Shown: positions 38,700 through 49,519, counted from the first letter of the stretch. The stretch: DNA of 64,000 nt from an uncultured delta proteobacterium (GCA_963776345.1 CAVZMH010000019.1:224001-288000); one strand, 5' to 3'. Numbers and translations are program-made. The notes: a model not told the origin generated them from the letters alone.

Positions 38700-40094
38700 A
38701 TGGCCGCCGAGCCGCGGTTCACCCACGCGGAGGTCCTCGCCGCCACCGGGGCACGCCCGACCGGAACCCTGTCGTCCGGGTTCGAGGGCGTCTCCACCGA
38801 CTCGCGGACGCTGACCCCGGGTGCGCTCTTCGTGGCGCTCCGGGGCGAGCGCTTCGACGCGCACGACTTTCTCGCCGACGTCGCCGCCCGGGGCGCGGCG
38901 GGCGCGGTGGTCCAGTTCGGCCACCCGCGGTCGGAGATCCCCCCCGGCTTCCCCCTCTACGAGGTGTCCGACACCCTGCAGGCGCTCGGGGCGCTGGGGC
39001 GGTTCCACCGGCGGCGGTTCCGGCTGCCGCTCGGCGCGGTGGGCGGGAGCAACGGGAAGACGACCACCAAGGAGATGGTGGGGGCCATCCTGGCGGTCCG
39101 CGGCCCCGCCCTGAAGACGGAAGGGAACCTCAACAACGAGGTGGGGCTGCCGCTCACCCTCCTCCGCCTTCGCTCCGAGCACGTCGCGGCGGTGGTGGAG
39201 CTGGGGATGAACCACCCCGGGGAGATGGCGCGGCTCACCGCCGTGGCCGAGCCGGACGCGGCGCTCATCACCACCATCCAGCCCGAGCACCTCGAGGGGC
39301 TGGGGAGCATCGAGGGCGTGGCGGAGGCCGAGGGCGAGCTGTTCGCCGGACTCGCCGCGCGGGCCATGGCGGTGGTGAACCTCGACGACCCCCACGTCAC
39401 GCGCCAGGGGGCACGGGCCCGGGGGCCGCGGCGGACGTTCGGGCGCGCGGCCGCCGCGGACGTGCGCCTGGTCGAGGCGACGCCTCGCGGGAAGAGCGGC
39501 CTCTCCCTGGTCATCGACGCCGGGGGCCGCCGCTGGCCGGTGTCGCTCGGCTTCGTCGGCGAGCACAACGCGCTCAACGCCACCGGGGCCTTCGCCCTGG
39601 CCACCGCGCTCGGGTACCGCCCCGAGGAGTGCGTCCAGGGGCTCGAGGCGGCCCGGCCCTACGCCCGGCGGCTCAACGTGGTCGAGGCGGCGGGCGGCTG
39701 GACGGTGGTGGACGACTGCTACAACGCCAACCCGGCCTCGATGGCGGCGGCGCTGGACACCGCGCGCACCCTCGCCGGCGGGGGCCGGGTGGTGGTGGTC
39801 CTGGGCGACATGCTGGAGCTCGGACCCGGCGAGCAGGAGGAGCACGTGGCCCTGGGTGCGCACGTGTCGCAGGTCGCCGGTCTCGCGGCCTTCCTCGGCC
39901 CCCGGAGCGCCTGGGCGGCGGGGGCGGCGCGGGGCATCGAGTCGGCACACTTCCTGGAAGTGCAGCCCCTCTGGGACTGGCTCGGCCCCAGACTGCGGCC
40001 GGGTGACCTCGTCCTGGTGAAGGGGAGCCGCGGCATGCGTCTGGAGCGGATGGTGGAAAAACTGACCGGAGTGGCGGCTTCCGGGGGACACTGA
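38700..40094 (+). CDS. murF: UDP-MurNAc-pentapeptide synthetase
   Basis: GSNGKTTTKE, GNLNNEVG, ELGMNH, YNANP, LGDMLELG, KGSRG. Confidence 0.96.
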   Translation: MAAEPRFTHAEVLAATGARPTGTLSSGFEGVSTDSRTLTPGALFVALRGERFDAHDFLADVAARGAAGAVVQFGHPRSEIPPGFPLYEVSDTLQALGALGRFHRRRFRLPLGAVGGSNGKTTTKEMVGAILAVRGPALKTEGNLNNEVGLPLTLLRLRSEHVAAVVELGMNHPGEMARLTAVAEPDAALITTIQPEHLEGLGSIEGVAEAEGELFAGLAARAMAVVNLDDPHVTRQGARARGPRRTFGRAAAADVRLVEATPRGKSGLSLVIDAGGRRWPVSLGFVGEHNALNATGAFALATALGYRPEECVQGLEAARPYARRLNVVEAAGGWTVVDDCYNANPASMAAALDTARTLAGGGRVVVVLGDMLELGPGEQEEHVALGAHVSQVAGLAAFLGPRSAWAAGAARGIESAHFLEVQPLWDWLGPRLRPGDLVLVKGSRGMRLERMVEKLTGVAASGGH

Positions 40095-40112
40095 CCCCCC
40101 CCACCAGCGACC

Positions 40113-41279
40113 GTGCTCTTCCTGCTCTACGGGCTGCTCCGGGATTCCCAGGCGCAGCGGCTCCTCAACTTCCTCCGCTACCCGACGTTTCGCATCGTCG
40201 CCGCGGGCGTGGCGGCGCTGCTCATCGGCCTGCTCTGGGGCCGGCGCTTCATCGAGCAGCTGCGCCTCACCCAGCACGGGCAGAGCAACGTGCGCGAGGA
40301 CACGCCCGACCGGCACCAGTCGAAGAAGGGCACGCCGACGATGGGCGGCACGCTGATCCTGGTCTGCATCGGATCGGCCACGCTCCTCTTCGCCGACCTC
40401 TCGTCGCGGGTGGTGTGGGTCGCGCTGCTCTGGACCTTCGGGTACGGCTTCATCGGCTTCCTCGACGACTGGCTGAAGCTGTCCAAGCGGAACAGCAAGG
40501 GGCTCGCCGGCCGGAAGAAGCTCCTCTTGCAGACGCTGTTCTACGCGGTGGGCATCTTCGGCATCCTCTGCACCTGGAAGGGCGGGGTGCCGCACCTCCT
40601 GATCGAGACGCGGATCACCGTCCCCCTCATCCCCACCCGGCACTTCAACCCCGACCTCGGCTGGGCCTACGTCTTCTTCGGCTGGGTGGTGGTGGTCGGG
40701 ACGTCCAACGCGGTGAACCTCACCGACGGTCTGGACGGGCTGGCCATCGTCCCCACCATCGTCGCCGCCGCCACCTTCGCCATCCTCTGCTACGTCGCTG
40801 GCAGCGGTCTGCACATCGCGGACGTGGTGGAGGTGGCCGGGCAGCCGCGGCTGGTGAGCACGCCCCTGTGGCGCTACCTGGGCATCCTCCCGGTCACCGG
40901 CGGCGCCGATCTGGCGGTGTTCTGCGCCGCGGTGGTGGGCGCAGGTCTGTCCTTCCTCTGGTTCAACACCTACCCGGCCAGCGTCTTCATGGGCGACATC
41001 GGCTCGCTGGCGCTGGGCGGGGGGCTCGGCGGCCTGGCGGTGCTGAGCAAGAACGAGATCGCCTCGGCCATCATCCACGGGGTGTTCCTGGCCGAGGCGC
41101 TGTCGGTGATGATCCAGGTCGCCTCGTTCAAGATGACCGGACGGCGGGTCTTTCGCATGGCGCCGGTGCACCACCACTTCGAGCTCAAGGGGCTGAGCGA
41201 GCCGAAGATTATCGTGCGCTTCTGGATCGTCTCCATCGTCTGCGGCGCGGTGGCGCTGATGACGCTCAAGCTGCGCTAG
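40113..41279 (+). CDS. mraY: Phospho-MurNAc-pentapeptide transferase
   Basis: KKGTPTMGG, NAVNLTDGLDGL, FMGDIGS, APVHHHFE. Confidence 0.97.
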   Translation: MLFLLYGLLRDSQAQRLLNFLRYPTFRIVAAGVAALLIGLLWGRRFIEQLRLTQHGQSNVREDTPDRHQSKKGTPTMGGTLILVCIGSATLLFADLSSRVVWVALLWTFGYGFIGFLDDWLKLSKRNSKGLAGRKKLLLQTLFYAVGIFGILCTWKGGVPHLLIETRITVPLIPTRHFNPDLGWAYVFFGWVVVVGTSNAVNLTDGLDGLAIVPTIVAAATFAILCYVAGSGLHIADVVEVAGQPRLVSTPLWRYLGILPVTGGADLAVFCAAVVGAGLSFLWFNTYPASVFMGDIGSLALGGGLGGLAVLSKNEIASAIIHGVFLAEALSVMIQVASFKMTGRRVFRMAPVHHHFELKGLSEPKIIVRFWIVSIVCGAVALMTLKLR

Positions 41280-41292
41280 GCGGCTCCCGCTC

Positions 41293-42654
41293 GTGGACCT
41301 CCAGGGACGGACGGTGTCGGTGCTGGGCGCGGGAAGGAGCGGGCTCGCCGCGGCCGAGCTCCTCCTCTCGCGCGGGGCCCGGGTGACGCTCTGGGACGAG
41401 CGCCCCGCGGCCAGCCTCGGCGCCGAGGGGCTCGCCGGGCGCGGGGTGGTGCTGCGCGGGGGGACGCCGCTGGGGGACGTCGACCTCGGCCGGCCGGACC
41501 TCCTGGTGGTGAGCCCCGGCGTCCCGCTCCGGCTTCCGTCCATCGTCCGCACCCGCGAGGCGGGCTGCGCGGTGTGGGGCGAGGTCGAGCTCGCCGGCCG
41601 CTTCCTCCCGACCGGCGTGGCGGTGCTCGGCGTCACCGGGACCAACGGCAAGAGCACCACCACCGCCCTGCTGGGCGCGCTGTGCGAGGCCGGCGGGCTG
41701 CAGCCCTTCGTCGGCGGCAACCTCGGCACGCCGCTTTCGCAGGCGGTGCTCGGGCCGCCGCGCCGGACGTGCGTGCTCGAGCTGTCCAGCTTCCAGCTCG
41801 AGGGGATGGACTCGGTGCGAGTCCACGCCGCCGCCGTCCTGAACCTCACGCCGGACCACCTCGACCGCTACGACGGGATGGAGGACTACGCGGCCGCCAA
41901 GGCGCGCATCTTCCGCAGCCAGGAGTCGGGCGACGTGGCGGTGGTGAACGCCGACGACCCCTGGACGGTGGGGATGCTCGCCGGCGCCCGGGGGCGACGG
42001 TTCGGCTTCACCCTCCGGCCCGGCCTCCCGCCACCGGAGGGGCTCCTGGGGCTGGCCGAGCCGATCGAGGGCGGCTTCCAGTTGGGCTTCGCCGGGGTGA
42101 GGCTCCGGATCGCCAACCGGGCGCTCCGCGGCGCGCACAACCTGGCCAACGCCATGGCCGCCTCGCTCCTCGCCTTCCACGCCGGGGTGCAGCCCGAGGC
42201 GCTCCAGGCCGGGCTCGACGCCTTCCCCGGCCTCCCCCACCGGCTGGAGTCGGTCCGCACGCTGGACGGCGTCGAGTGGGTGAACGACTCGAAGGCCACC
42301 AACGTGGACGCGGTGCTCACCGCGCTGACCGCCTTCCCCCCCGGCCAGCGGCTGTGGCTGATCGCCGGCGGGAAGGGGAAGGGCGCGCCCTACGCCCCCC
42401 TGGCGAAGGCGTCGGTCGGAAAAGTCGCGGGGCTGCTCACGGTTGGGCAGGATGCCCCTCTCCTGGAATCGGAGTTCGCCGCCGTGTGCCCCGTCCACGC
42501 ATGCGAGACGCTCGATCGCGCGGTGGCGCGTGCGCGGACCCTCGCCCGCACGGGAGAGGTGGTCCTGCTCTCGCCGGCCTGCGCGTCGTACGACCAGTTC
42601 CGCAACTTCGAGCACCGCGGGGACACCTTCCGCGCCCTGGTGGAGGCGCTCTAG
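41293..42654 (+). CDS. murD: UDP-MurNAc-L-Ala-D-Glu ligase
   Basis: GTNGKSTT, ELSSFQLE, DHLDRY, NDSKATN, SPACASYDQF. Confidence 0.96.
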   Translation: MDLQGRTVSVLGAGRSGLAAAELLLSRGARVTLWDERPAASLGAEGLAGRGVVLRGGTPLGDVDLGRPDLLVVSPGVPLRLPSIVRTREAGCAVWGEVELAGRFLPTGVAVLGVTGTNGKSTTTALLGALCEAGGLQPFVGGNLGTPLSQAVLGPPRRTCVLELSSFQLEGMDSVRVHAAAVLNLTPDHLDRYDGMEDYAAAKARIFRSQESGDVAVVNADDPWTVGMLAGARGRRFGFTLRPGLPPPEGLLGLAEPIEGGFQLGFAGVRLRIANRALRGAHNLANAMAASLLAFHAGVQPEALQAGLDAFPGLPHRLESVRTLDGVEWVNDSKATNVDAVLTALTAFPPGQRLWLIAGGKGKGAPYAPLAKASVGKVAGLLTVGQDAPLLESEFAAVCPVHACETLDRAVARARTLARTGEVVLLSPACASYDQFRNFEHRGDTFRALVEAL

Positions 42655-43857
42655 ATGACCGCACGCCGGAATGGGCCGCCCTCGCCGGCGCTCCCCGACG
42701 GCCGCTCCGAGCCGGTGCGGCTGGCGGTGGACCCGGTACTTCTCGGCGCGGTGCTGGCGCTGGTCTCGCTCGGCCTGGTGATGGTGTACTCGGCGAGCGC
42801 GGTGACCGCGGCCGAGAAGCAGGGCAACGGCTTCTACTTCCTCGAGCGTCAGCTGCTCGCGGCCTGCGTGGGCCTGGTGGCGATGGCCACCGCCGTGCGG
42901 ATGGGCTACCGGCGGCTCGCCCGGCTGGCGTACCCGATGCTGCTCCTCAGCATCGTGCTCCTGGTCCTGGTCCTCGTCCCGGGCGTGGGCACGCTGGTGG
43001 GCGGGGCGCGGCGGTGGTTGCGTCTGCCCGGCCTGAGCCTCCAGCCGGCGGAGATCGCCAAGTTCACCTGGGTGGTGTACCTGGCGTACTCCCTGGCGAA
43101 GAAGCGGGAGAAGGTGGCCACGTTCTCCATCGGGTTCCTGCCCCATCTGGCAGTGGCGGGTCTCCTGGTCGTGCTCTGCATGGCGGAGCCCGACTTCGGA
43201 AGCTCGGTGGAGCTGCTGGTCCTGCTGGCCATCCTGCTCTTCGCCGCGGGCACCCGGCTCTGGTACCTGGTGGGCTCGTTGCTGCTGGCGCTCCCGCTGG
43301 CGTACGGGGCCATCGCCCACTCCCCGTACCGGCTGAAGCGCATCACCGCCTTCCTCGACCCGTGGGCGCACCGGCACGACATCGGCTACCAGGTGGCCCA
43401 GTCGCTCATCTCGGTCGGCTCGGGCGGCCTCTTCGGGCTCGGGCTCGGCGAGAGCCGGCAGAAGCTGTTCTTCCTCCCCGAGGCGCACACCGACTTCATC
43501 TTCAGCATCATCGGCGAGGAGCTGGGGCTCGTCGGCGCGGTGGCTACCATCGCCCTCTACGGCATCGTGGTGTGGAGAGGGACCCGGGCCGCGGTCCGGG
43601 CGAGCGAGACCTTCGGCACCTACCTCGGGCTCGGGCTCACCGCGATGCTCGGCGTCCAGGCGGCGGTGAACATGAGCGTCGCCATGGGGATGCTCCCCAC
43701 CAAGGGACTGACGCTCCCCTTCGTCTCCTACGGCGGCTGCTCGCTGGTCATCTCCATGGCCGCCGCCGGCGTCCTGCTCTCGCTCAGCGCCTCGTCCGCC
43801 CCGCTCCGGAACCCTGGCCCCTCACGCGTCCGCCGGATGCAGGAGGCGGCCGCGTGA
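42655..43857 (+). CDS. ftsW: SEDS glycosyltransferase FtsW
   Basis: [36 protein letters not shown]. Confidence 0.96.
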   Translation: MTARRNGPPSPALPDGRSEPVRLAVDPVLLGAVLALVSLGLVMVYSASAVTAAEKQGNGFYFLERQLLAACVGLVAMATAVRMGYRRLARLAYPMLLLSIVLLVLVLVPGVGTLVGGARRWLRLPGLSLQPAEIAKFTWVVYLAYSLAKKREKVATFSIGFLPHLAVAGLLVVLCMAEPDFGSSVELLVLLAILLFAAGTRLWYLVGSLLLALPLAYGAIAHSPYRLKRITAFLDPWAHRHDIGYQVAQSLISVGSGGLFGLGLGESRQKLFFLPEAHTDFIFSIIGEELGLVGAVATIALYGIVVWRGTRAAVRASETFGTYLGLGLTAMLGVQAAVNMSVAMGMLPTKGLTLPFVSYGGCSLVISMAAAGVLLSLSASSAPLRNPGPSRVRRMQEAAA

Positions 43858-44969
43858 GGATGCTGATCGCCGGCGGCGGGACGGGAGGGCATCTCTTCCC
43901 GGGAATCGCCCTGGCGGAGGAGGTCACCACCCGGCATCCGGACAACCGGGTGCTGTTCGTCGGCACGACCCGCGGACTCGAGGCGCGGGTGGTTCCGGCG
44001 GCGGGGTTCCCGCTGAAGACCATCGAGGTGCGGGGCCTGAAGGGCGTGGGGCTCCTCCGGGCGCTCCAGGCGCTCGTCCTCCTGCCGCTGTCGTTCCTCG
44101 TCAGCTGGCGCATCGTCGGCCGCTTCCGGCCCGACGTGGTGGTGGGCGTGGGCGGCTACGCGTCGGGGCCGGTGGTGCTGGCCGCGTGGACGCGGGGCGT
44201 GGCCACCGCCATCCAGGAGCAGAACGCGCTGCCCGGCATCACCAACCGCATCCTCGGGCGCTTCGTGCGCGCGGTGTTCATCGCCTTCGAGCAGGCGCGC
44301 TCCGCGTTCCCGCCGCGGAAGACCTACCTGGTGGGCAACCCGGTCCGGCGCAAGCTGATGGACAACTACCTCCGGAGCCGGTCCCAGGTGCCCGACGGGC
44401 GCTTCCGGCTCCTCGTGGTCGGTGGTTCGCTCGGGGCCCGCGGCCTCAACACGCGCGTGCTGGAGGCGCTGCCGCACCTGGGAGACCTGCGGGCGCAGAT
44501 GGACATCGTGCACCAGACGGGGGCGCTGGACCTGGAGCGGGTCCAGGCGGGGTACGCCGCGGCGGGGGTCCCCGCCGAGGTGGTGCCGTTCGTCGAGGAC
44601 GTGTCCGCGGCCTACGCCCGCTCCTCGCTCGTCCTCTGCCGGGCCGGAGCGACGACGGTGGCCGAGCTGACCATCTGCAAGAAGGCGTCGATCCTGGTGC
44701 CGTTCCCCTTCGCCACCGACGACCACCAGGCGGTCAACGCCCGGGCGCTGGTGGAGGCGGGGGCGGCGCTGATGTTCCGCGAGTCGGAGCTCACCGGCGA
44801 GCTGCTGGCCCGGGAGCTCCGGAGGCTCGCCGCCGAGCCCGAGACCCTGCAGAGGATGGAGCGAGCCGCGGGCGGCCTCGGACGCCCCGAGGCGGCGCGC
44901 GAGCTGGTGGACGTCTGCGCCGAGCTGGTGGCCGGGCCGACCGGCCGCGGACAGGTGGTGCCGCGATGA
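43854..44969 (+). CDS. murG: GlcNAc transferase MurG
   Basis: [37 protein letters not shown]. Confidence 0.96.
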   Translation: MRMLIAGGGTGGHLFPGIALAEEVTTRHPDNRVLFVGTTRGLEARVVPAAGFPLKTIEVRGLKGVGLLRALQALVLLPLSFLVSWRIVGRFRPDVVVGVGGYASGPVVLAAWTRGVATAIQEQNALPGITNRILGRFVRAVFIAFEQARSAFPPRKTYLVGNPVRRKLMDNYLRSRSQVPDGRFRLLVVGGSLGARGLNTRVLEALPHLGDLRAQMDIVHQTGALDLERVQAGYAAAGVPAEVVPFVEDVSAAYARSSLVLCRAGATTVAELTICKKASILVPFPFATDDHQAVNARALVEAGAALMFRESELTGELLARELRRLAAEPETLQRMERAAGGLGRPEAARELVDVCAELVAGPTGRGQVVPR

Positions 44970-46393
44970 CCCGCCGCGCCCCGGTGGTGAGCCTGTTCAA
45001 GACCCGCCACGCGGCGCAGGTGCACTTCGTCGGCATCGGCGGCATCGGGATGAGCGGCATCGCCGAGGTGCTGATCAACCTCGGGTATCGGGTCAGCGGC
45101 TCGGACCTCAAGGAGTCGGAGACCACCCGCCGCCTGCACCGCCTCGGCGCGCGGCTGGAGATCGGCCACCGGGCCGAGAACCTGGTCTCGGCCGACGTGG
45201 TGGTCATCTCCTCGGCGGTCCGGCCGGACAACCCGGAGGTGCTGGCCGCCCGGGCGCGGAAGATTCCGGTCATCCCCCGGGCCGAGATGCTCGCCGAGCT
45301 GATGCGGCTCAAGTACGCCGTGGCGGTCGCCGGCAGCCACGGGAAGACGACCACCACCTCCATGGTCGCCACGGTGATGAACGCCGCCGGACTCGATCCG
45401 ACCGCGGTGGTGGGGGGGAAGGTCAACGTCCTCGGCAGCAACGCCAAGCTGGGCAAGTCGGACCTCATGGTGGTGGAGGCCGACGAGTCCGACGGGAGCT
45501 TCGTCAAGCTGCACCCGAGCATCGCGGTGGTCACCAACATCGACCCCGAGCACCTGGACCACTTCGGCAGCCTGGAGGCGCTCCGGAACGCCTTCGCCGA
45601 GTTCTGCAACCGGGTGCCCTTCTACGGGCTCAACGTGCTCTGCCTCGACCACCCCAACGTCCAGGCGCTTCTGCCCCAGATCGGGAAGCGGGTCGTCACC
45701 TACGGGAGCTCGCACACCGCCGACTACCGGCTGGAGCGCGTGACACTCGACGGGTTCTCCACCCGCTTCCACGCTTTCCGCCGCGAGGAGGCGCTGGGCG
45801 AGTTCACGGTGCGGATGGTGGGCGCCCACAACGCGCTCAACGCGCTGGCGGTCATCGCCGTGGCCGAGGAGATGGAGATCCCCTTGCCGATTGTGCGCAC
45901 CGCCCTGGCCGACTTCGCGGGCGTGCAGCGCCGCTTCACCGTGCGCGGCGAGGCGAGGGGGATCATGGTGGTGGACGACTACGGGCACCACCCGGCCGAG
46001 GTGATGGCCACCCTGGCGGGCGCGCGCCGGGCGTTCGGCCGGCGGCTGGTGGTGGTGTTCCAGCCGCACCGGTACACCCGCACCCGCGACCTCCTGCCCG
46101 AGTTCGCGACCGCCTTCAACGACGCGGACGTGCTGATGGTCCTGGGGATCTACGCGGCGAGCGAGGAGCCCATCCCCGGCATCTCGGGCGAGGCGCTGGC
46201 CCAGGCCGTCCGGAGCCACGGCCACCGGGACGTGACGTACGTCGAGCGCCGGGCCGACGCTGCCGCGGCGCTGCTCCCCCGGCTCCGCGAGGGGGACCTG
46301 GTGCTCACCCTCGGCGCCGGGGACGTGACCCAGGTGGGCCCCGAGCTGCTGCAGCTCCTCGAGCCGGCGCAGCAGGGCGGCCGGGCGGGATAG
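44966..46393 (+). CDS. murC: UDP-MurNAc-L-alanine ligase
   Basis: [37 protein letters not shown]. Confidence 0.97.
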   Translation: MTRRAPVVSLFKTRHAAQVHFVGIGGIGMSGIAEVLINLGYRVSGSDLKESETTRRLHRLGARLEIGHRAENLVSADVVVISSAVRPDNPEVLAARARKIPVIPRAEMLAELMRLKYAVAVAGSHGKTTTTSMVATVMNAAGLDPTAVVGGKVNVLGSNAKLGKSDLMVVEADESDGSFVKLHPSIAVVTNIDPEHLDHFGSLEALRNAFAEFCNRVPFYGLNVLCLDHPNVQALLPQIGKRVVTYGSSHTADYRLERVTLDGFSTRFHAFRREEALGEFTVRMVGAHNALNALAVIAVAEEMEIPLPIVRTALADFAGVQRRFTVRGEARGIMVVDDYGHHPAEVMATLAGARRAFGRRLVVVFQPHRYTRTRDLLPEFATAFNDADVLMVLGIYAASEEPIPGISGEALAQAVRSHGHRDVTYVERRADAAAALLPRLREGDLVLTLGAGDVTQVGPELLQLLEPAQQGGRAG

Positions 46394-46408
46394 CCGCGCA
46401 GGGCTGGC

Positions 46409-46468
46409 GCAACCCAGGAGTTGCATTTCAGCCCAAGGGCGTGCACATTGATGCAACCTGGAGGTTGC
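46409..46468. promoter_or_regulatory. Two GCAAC-N6-GTTGC palindromes, probable ArsR-family operator
   Basis: GCAACccaggaGTTGC (46409-46424) and GCAACctggagGTTGC (46453-46468), immediately before the SRPBCC ATG. Confidence 0.7.
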
Positions 46469-46470
46469 GC

Positions 46471-46947
46471 ATGAACGAGACTGTCCCCGATCGCATCGAG
46501 AAGCAGGTCCTCCTCCGCGCACCCCGCTCCCGGGTGTGGCGGGCGCTCACCGATGCCGGCGAGTTCAACGATTGGTTCAGGGTCAAGCTCCGCGGCCAGT
46601 TCGAGGCGGGCAAGGAGATCAGCGGACCGGTCGCCTTCCCCGGCTACGAGAATCTGACGATGACCGCCTGGGTCGAGCGCATGGAGCCCGAGTCCCTCTT
46701 CAGCTTCCGCTGGCACCCGGCGGCCATCGACCCGAAGGTCGACTACTCGAAGGAGGCCACCACCCTGGTCGAGTTCCGCCTCGAGGATGCGCCGGGCGGA
46801 ACGCTCCTCACGGTGACCGAGTCGGGCTTCCAGTCGCTCCCCGCGGCACGTCGAAGTTTCGCCCACGAGGCGAACAGCGGCGGCTGGGAGAAGCAGCTCC
46901 GGAACATCGAGCGGCATGTCGCCGAGCATCCGTCACCGCGCGCCTGA
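46471..46947 (+). CDS. SRPBCC/AHSA1-like ligand-binding protein
   Basis: APRSRVWRALTD, FSFRW, TLVEFRL, TVTESGF, GGW..QL. Confidence 0.88.
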   Translation: MNETVPDRIEKQVLLRAPRSRVWRALTDAGEFNDWFRVKLRGQFEAGKEISGPVAFPGYENLTMTAWVERMEPESLFSFRWHPAAIDPKVDYSKEATTLVEFRLEDAPGGTLLTVTESGFQSLPAARRSFAHEANSGGWEKQLRNIERHVAEHPSPRA

Positions 46948-47251
46948 GGCGAGCTCGCTCTTCGCCGCGCTCGGGGATCCGACCCGGCTGGCCCTGGTGC
47001 GCCGACTCTCGGTCGAGGGCTTCCTGTCCGTGACCGAGCTCACCGAGGGGACGCGGATCTCCCGCCAGGCGGTGACCAAGCACCTCGGGGTGCTCGCCCG
47101 GGCGGGCCTGGTGGAGAGCGCCCGCCACGGTCGCGAGCGGCTGTGGGCGCTCGCCCCGGGACAGATCGAGCAGGCGCGACGCGCGCTCGAGCGGATCTCC
47201 CGCGAATGGGATGACGCGCTGGGTCGGCTGCGGAGGCTGGTCGAGCGCTGA
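46916..47251 (+). CDS. ArsR/SmtB-family regulator
   Basis: FAALGDPTR, SRQAVTKHL.VL..AGLV, GRER. Confidence 0.88.
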   Translation: MSPSIRHRAPEASSLFAALGDPTRLALVRRLSVEGFLSVTELTEGTRISRQAVTKHLGVLARAGLVESARHGRERLWALAPGQIEQARRALERISREWDDALGRLRRLVER

Positions 47252-47347
47252 CCAGAGCTCGCCTGCACCACGAAGACGGTGCTTGACCACCTCCGGGCCA
47301 GGGCGGCACAAGGGCCGCCCCCGCTGCAGGGGCTCGAGGAGGGTGCC

Positions 47348-48548
47348 ATGCAGGAGAGCTTGCCGACGCTGAAGGGATGTCTCGCCGGGTGCGCGCTGCT
47401 CGCGCTGGCGAGCTGTGGTGGTGGAGGGGCGGCACCTTCTCTGGCGCTGGGCTCGGGCGCGGCCCCGGTCTCGAGCGAGCAGGCCCTCCACTCCGGCGGG
47501 AAGGGGCCGAAGGTCACCCCGCAGACCAGCGGGACGACCCAGAACCTGATCGCGGTCAGCGCGGTCAACGCCCGGGTGGTCTGGGTTGCCGGAGCGGGGG
47601 GAACGTTCGGCGTGACCACCAACGGAGGCGCCACCTGGCACTCCGGCGTGGTGCCGGGAACCGAGGCGCAGCAGTTCCGCGACGTGCAGGGAGTGAGTGA
47701 GAAGGTGGCGTACCTCCTGCAGATTCCCGTGACCGAGGTGGCGCGCATCTTCAAGACGACCGACGGCGGGAAGACCTGGACCGTTCAGCTCGAGGGCGCT
47801 GACGCGAACGAGTTCTTCGACTGCTTCGCGTTCTGGGACGCGAAGAGCGCCATCATGATGGTGGATTCGGTGAACGGCCGCTTCCCGGTTCGCCGCACGC
47901 TCGACGGCCACACCTGGCAGGACATCGGCAACCGGCTGCCCCCGGCGCTGCCCGGCGAGTCCGGCTTCGCCGCGAGCGGGACGTGCGCCGCCACGCAGGG
48001 CCATCGCAGGGCCTGGCTCACCACCGGCGTGCCACCCGCCACCGCGACTGACTTGTGGACGACGCGCATCCTCTTCACCACCGATCGCGGACAGACCTGG
48101 GGCGCGACCACCGCACCGCTGACCGCGGCAAATCAGCTCGTTCGGAGGCGGGTCCAGCATCGCCTTCCGCGACGCACGGCACGGCATCCTCGGCGGTGGG
48201 GACTTCCTTGCCACAGGGGTGGTGCCCAACTTCGCCCGCTCGGGCGACGGCGGGAAGACCTGGACGCTCGGGACCGCGGCCCCCATCGTCGGAGCCATCT
48301 ACGGACTGGCCTATGCGGGTCACGGCAAGGGGGACGACGACGAGGGCGAGCACGAGAACGGCGACGATCACGGCGGGTCGATCCGCGTGGTCGCCACCGC
48401 GCCCACCGGGAGCGCATGGTCGGGCGACGAGGGCCGCACCTGGACGTCCCTCACCGGTCTGAGCGGCCTCTGGGCGGTGGACTTCGGCAGCCAGCAGACC
48501 GGCTGGCTCGTCGGGACGCACGGGCAGATCGTCCGGATCGACTTCTGA
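47348..48548 (+). CDS. Secreted Ycf48/BNR-repeat beta-propeller lipoprotein, frameshift near 48140
   Basis: Lipobox LASC; repeated T/S-x-DGG-x-TW Asp-box motifs spread over two frames. Confidence 0.75.
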
Positions 48549-48768
48549 GCGGGCCACCGTCCGATTGGCGGGCGAGGCTCGGCCCCGGGGGATTGCGCCT
48601 CGGGGGTCGAAAAAGAAAGGAAACGTACCTGACCATTTCCCTCGAAGTGCTCAGGTGACCTGCCGGAATTGTCTCGTCCCGGCAGAGGCACCCACGCACG
48701 GATCAGCCGGCTGATCCGGATGCGCCCCCGACCTGCGGTCGATGAGGCCGCCCGGGCGAGTGGCCCGA

Positions 48769-48899
48769 GCGCATCAGTGGACATAGCAACTTCGAGTGAT
48801 CGCGGGCGGGCTCCTGCATCGCAATCCCTCGAAATCAGGTCGCCGTTCGTGGCGATATCGGTCGGCGACTCTCCGAAGTTGCTATGTCCACGTATGCGC
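48769..48899. repeat. ~130-bp element with perfect 18-bp inverted repeats
   Basis: GTGGACATAGCAACTTCG (48777-48794) / CGAAGTTGCTATGTCCAC (48874-48891), extended by GCGCAT/ATGCGC after a 2-bp mismatch. Confidence 0.8.
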
Positions 48900-49051
48900 G
48901 GGGGCGCCCTGGGAGCAGGAGCCTCCGAGCAGCGGTCGGCCCCCGAGGCGCAGATCAGACCGGGGCGTCCACGAACGGCCCCGGGAAGCCCCCGACGGAC
49001 GGGTCGCCGGGTCCGTCGCGGGTTCGCTGCCGCGGCTCTCGTCCTCGAGGC

Positions 49052-49411
49052 TCATCCCAGCCGCGTCGCCACGAGCGCCAGCGCCGCCGGCAGGCCCTGG
49101 ATGACGAGGATCCGCCGGGACGCCGTCGCTGCGCCGAAGACCGCGGCGATCAGGACGCAGACGAGGAAGAACAGCCGCAGCTGCCCGGCCACCGGCTCGG
49201 GCGCGAGCAGGCTCCACACCAGCCCCGCGGCCAGAAATCCATTGTAGAGCCCCTGGTTCGCCGCCAGCGGCGCCGCCTGCGCGGCGAACTCGGGCGTGGT
49301 GCCGAAGATCCGCCGGCCGGCAGGGCTCTTGAACAGGAACATCTCCAGCACGAGGAACCCCAGGTGCTCGAGCGCGACGAACGCCACCAGGACGTCTCGG
49401 AGGAGGGTCAC
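49052..49411 (-). CDS. DUF1304-family membrane protein
   Basis: EH..FLVLEM, AANQGLYNGFLAAG, QGLPA motifs. Confidence 0.85.
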   Translation of the reverse strand: MTLLRDVLVAFVALEHLGFLVLEMFLFKSPAGRRIFGTTPEFAAQAAPLAANQGLYNGFLAAGLVWSLLAPEPVAGQLRLFFLVCVLIAAVFGAATASRRILVIQGLPAALALVATRLG

Positions 49412-49519
49412 GGCCCCGATGCTCGTCCCACCCTGCCGCACCCGTCCAGGAGAACCGATGGAGCGGGCCCGGCCGAGGACTTGCGTCGGACCCCTCCATC
49501 TGGTTCTCAGGAGGGACTC

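Noticed and set aside
46394..49519. Insertion as an autonomous transposon or prophage
   Set aside because: No transposase, integrase or phage gene, and no flanking direct repeats seen.
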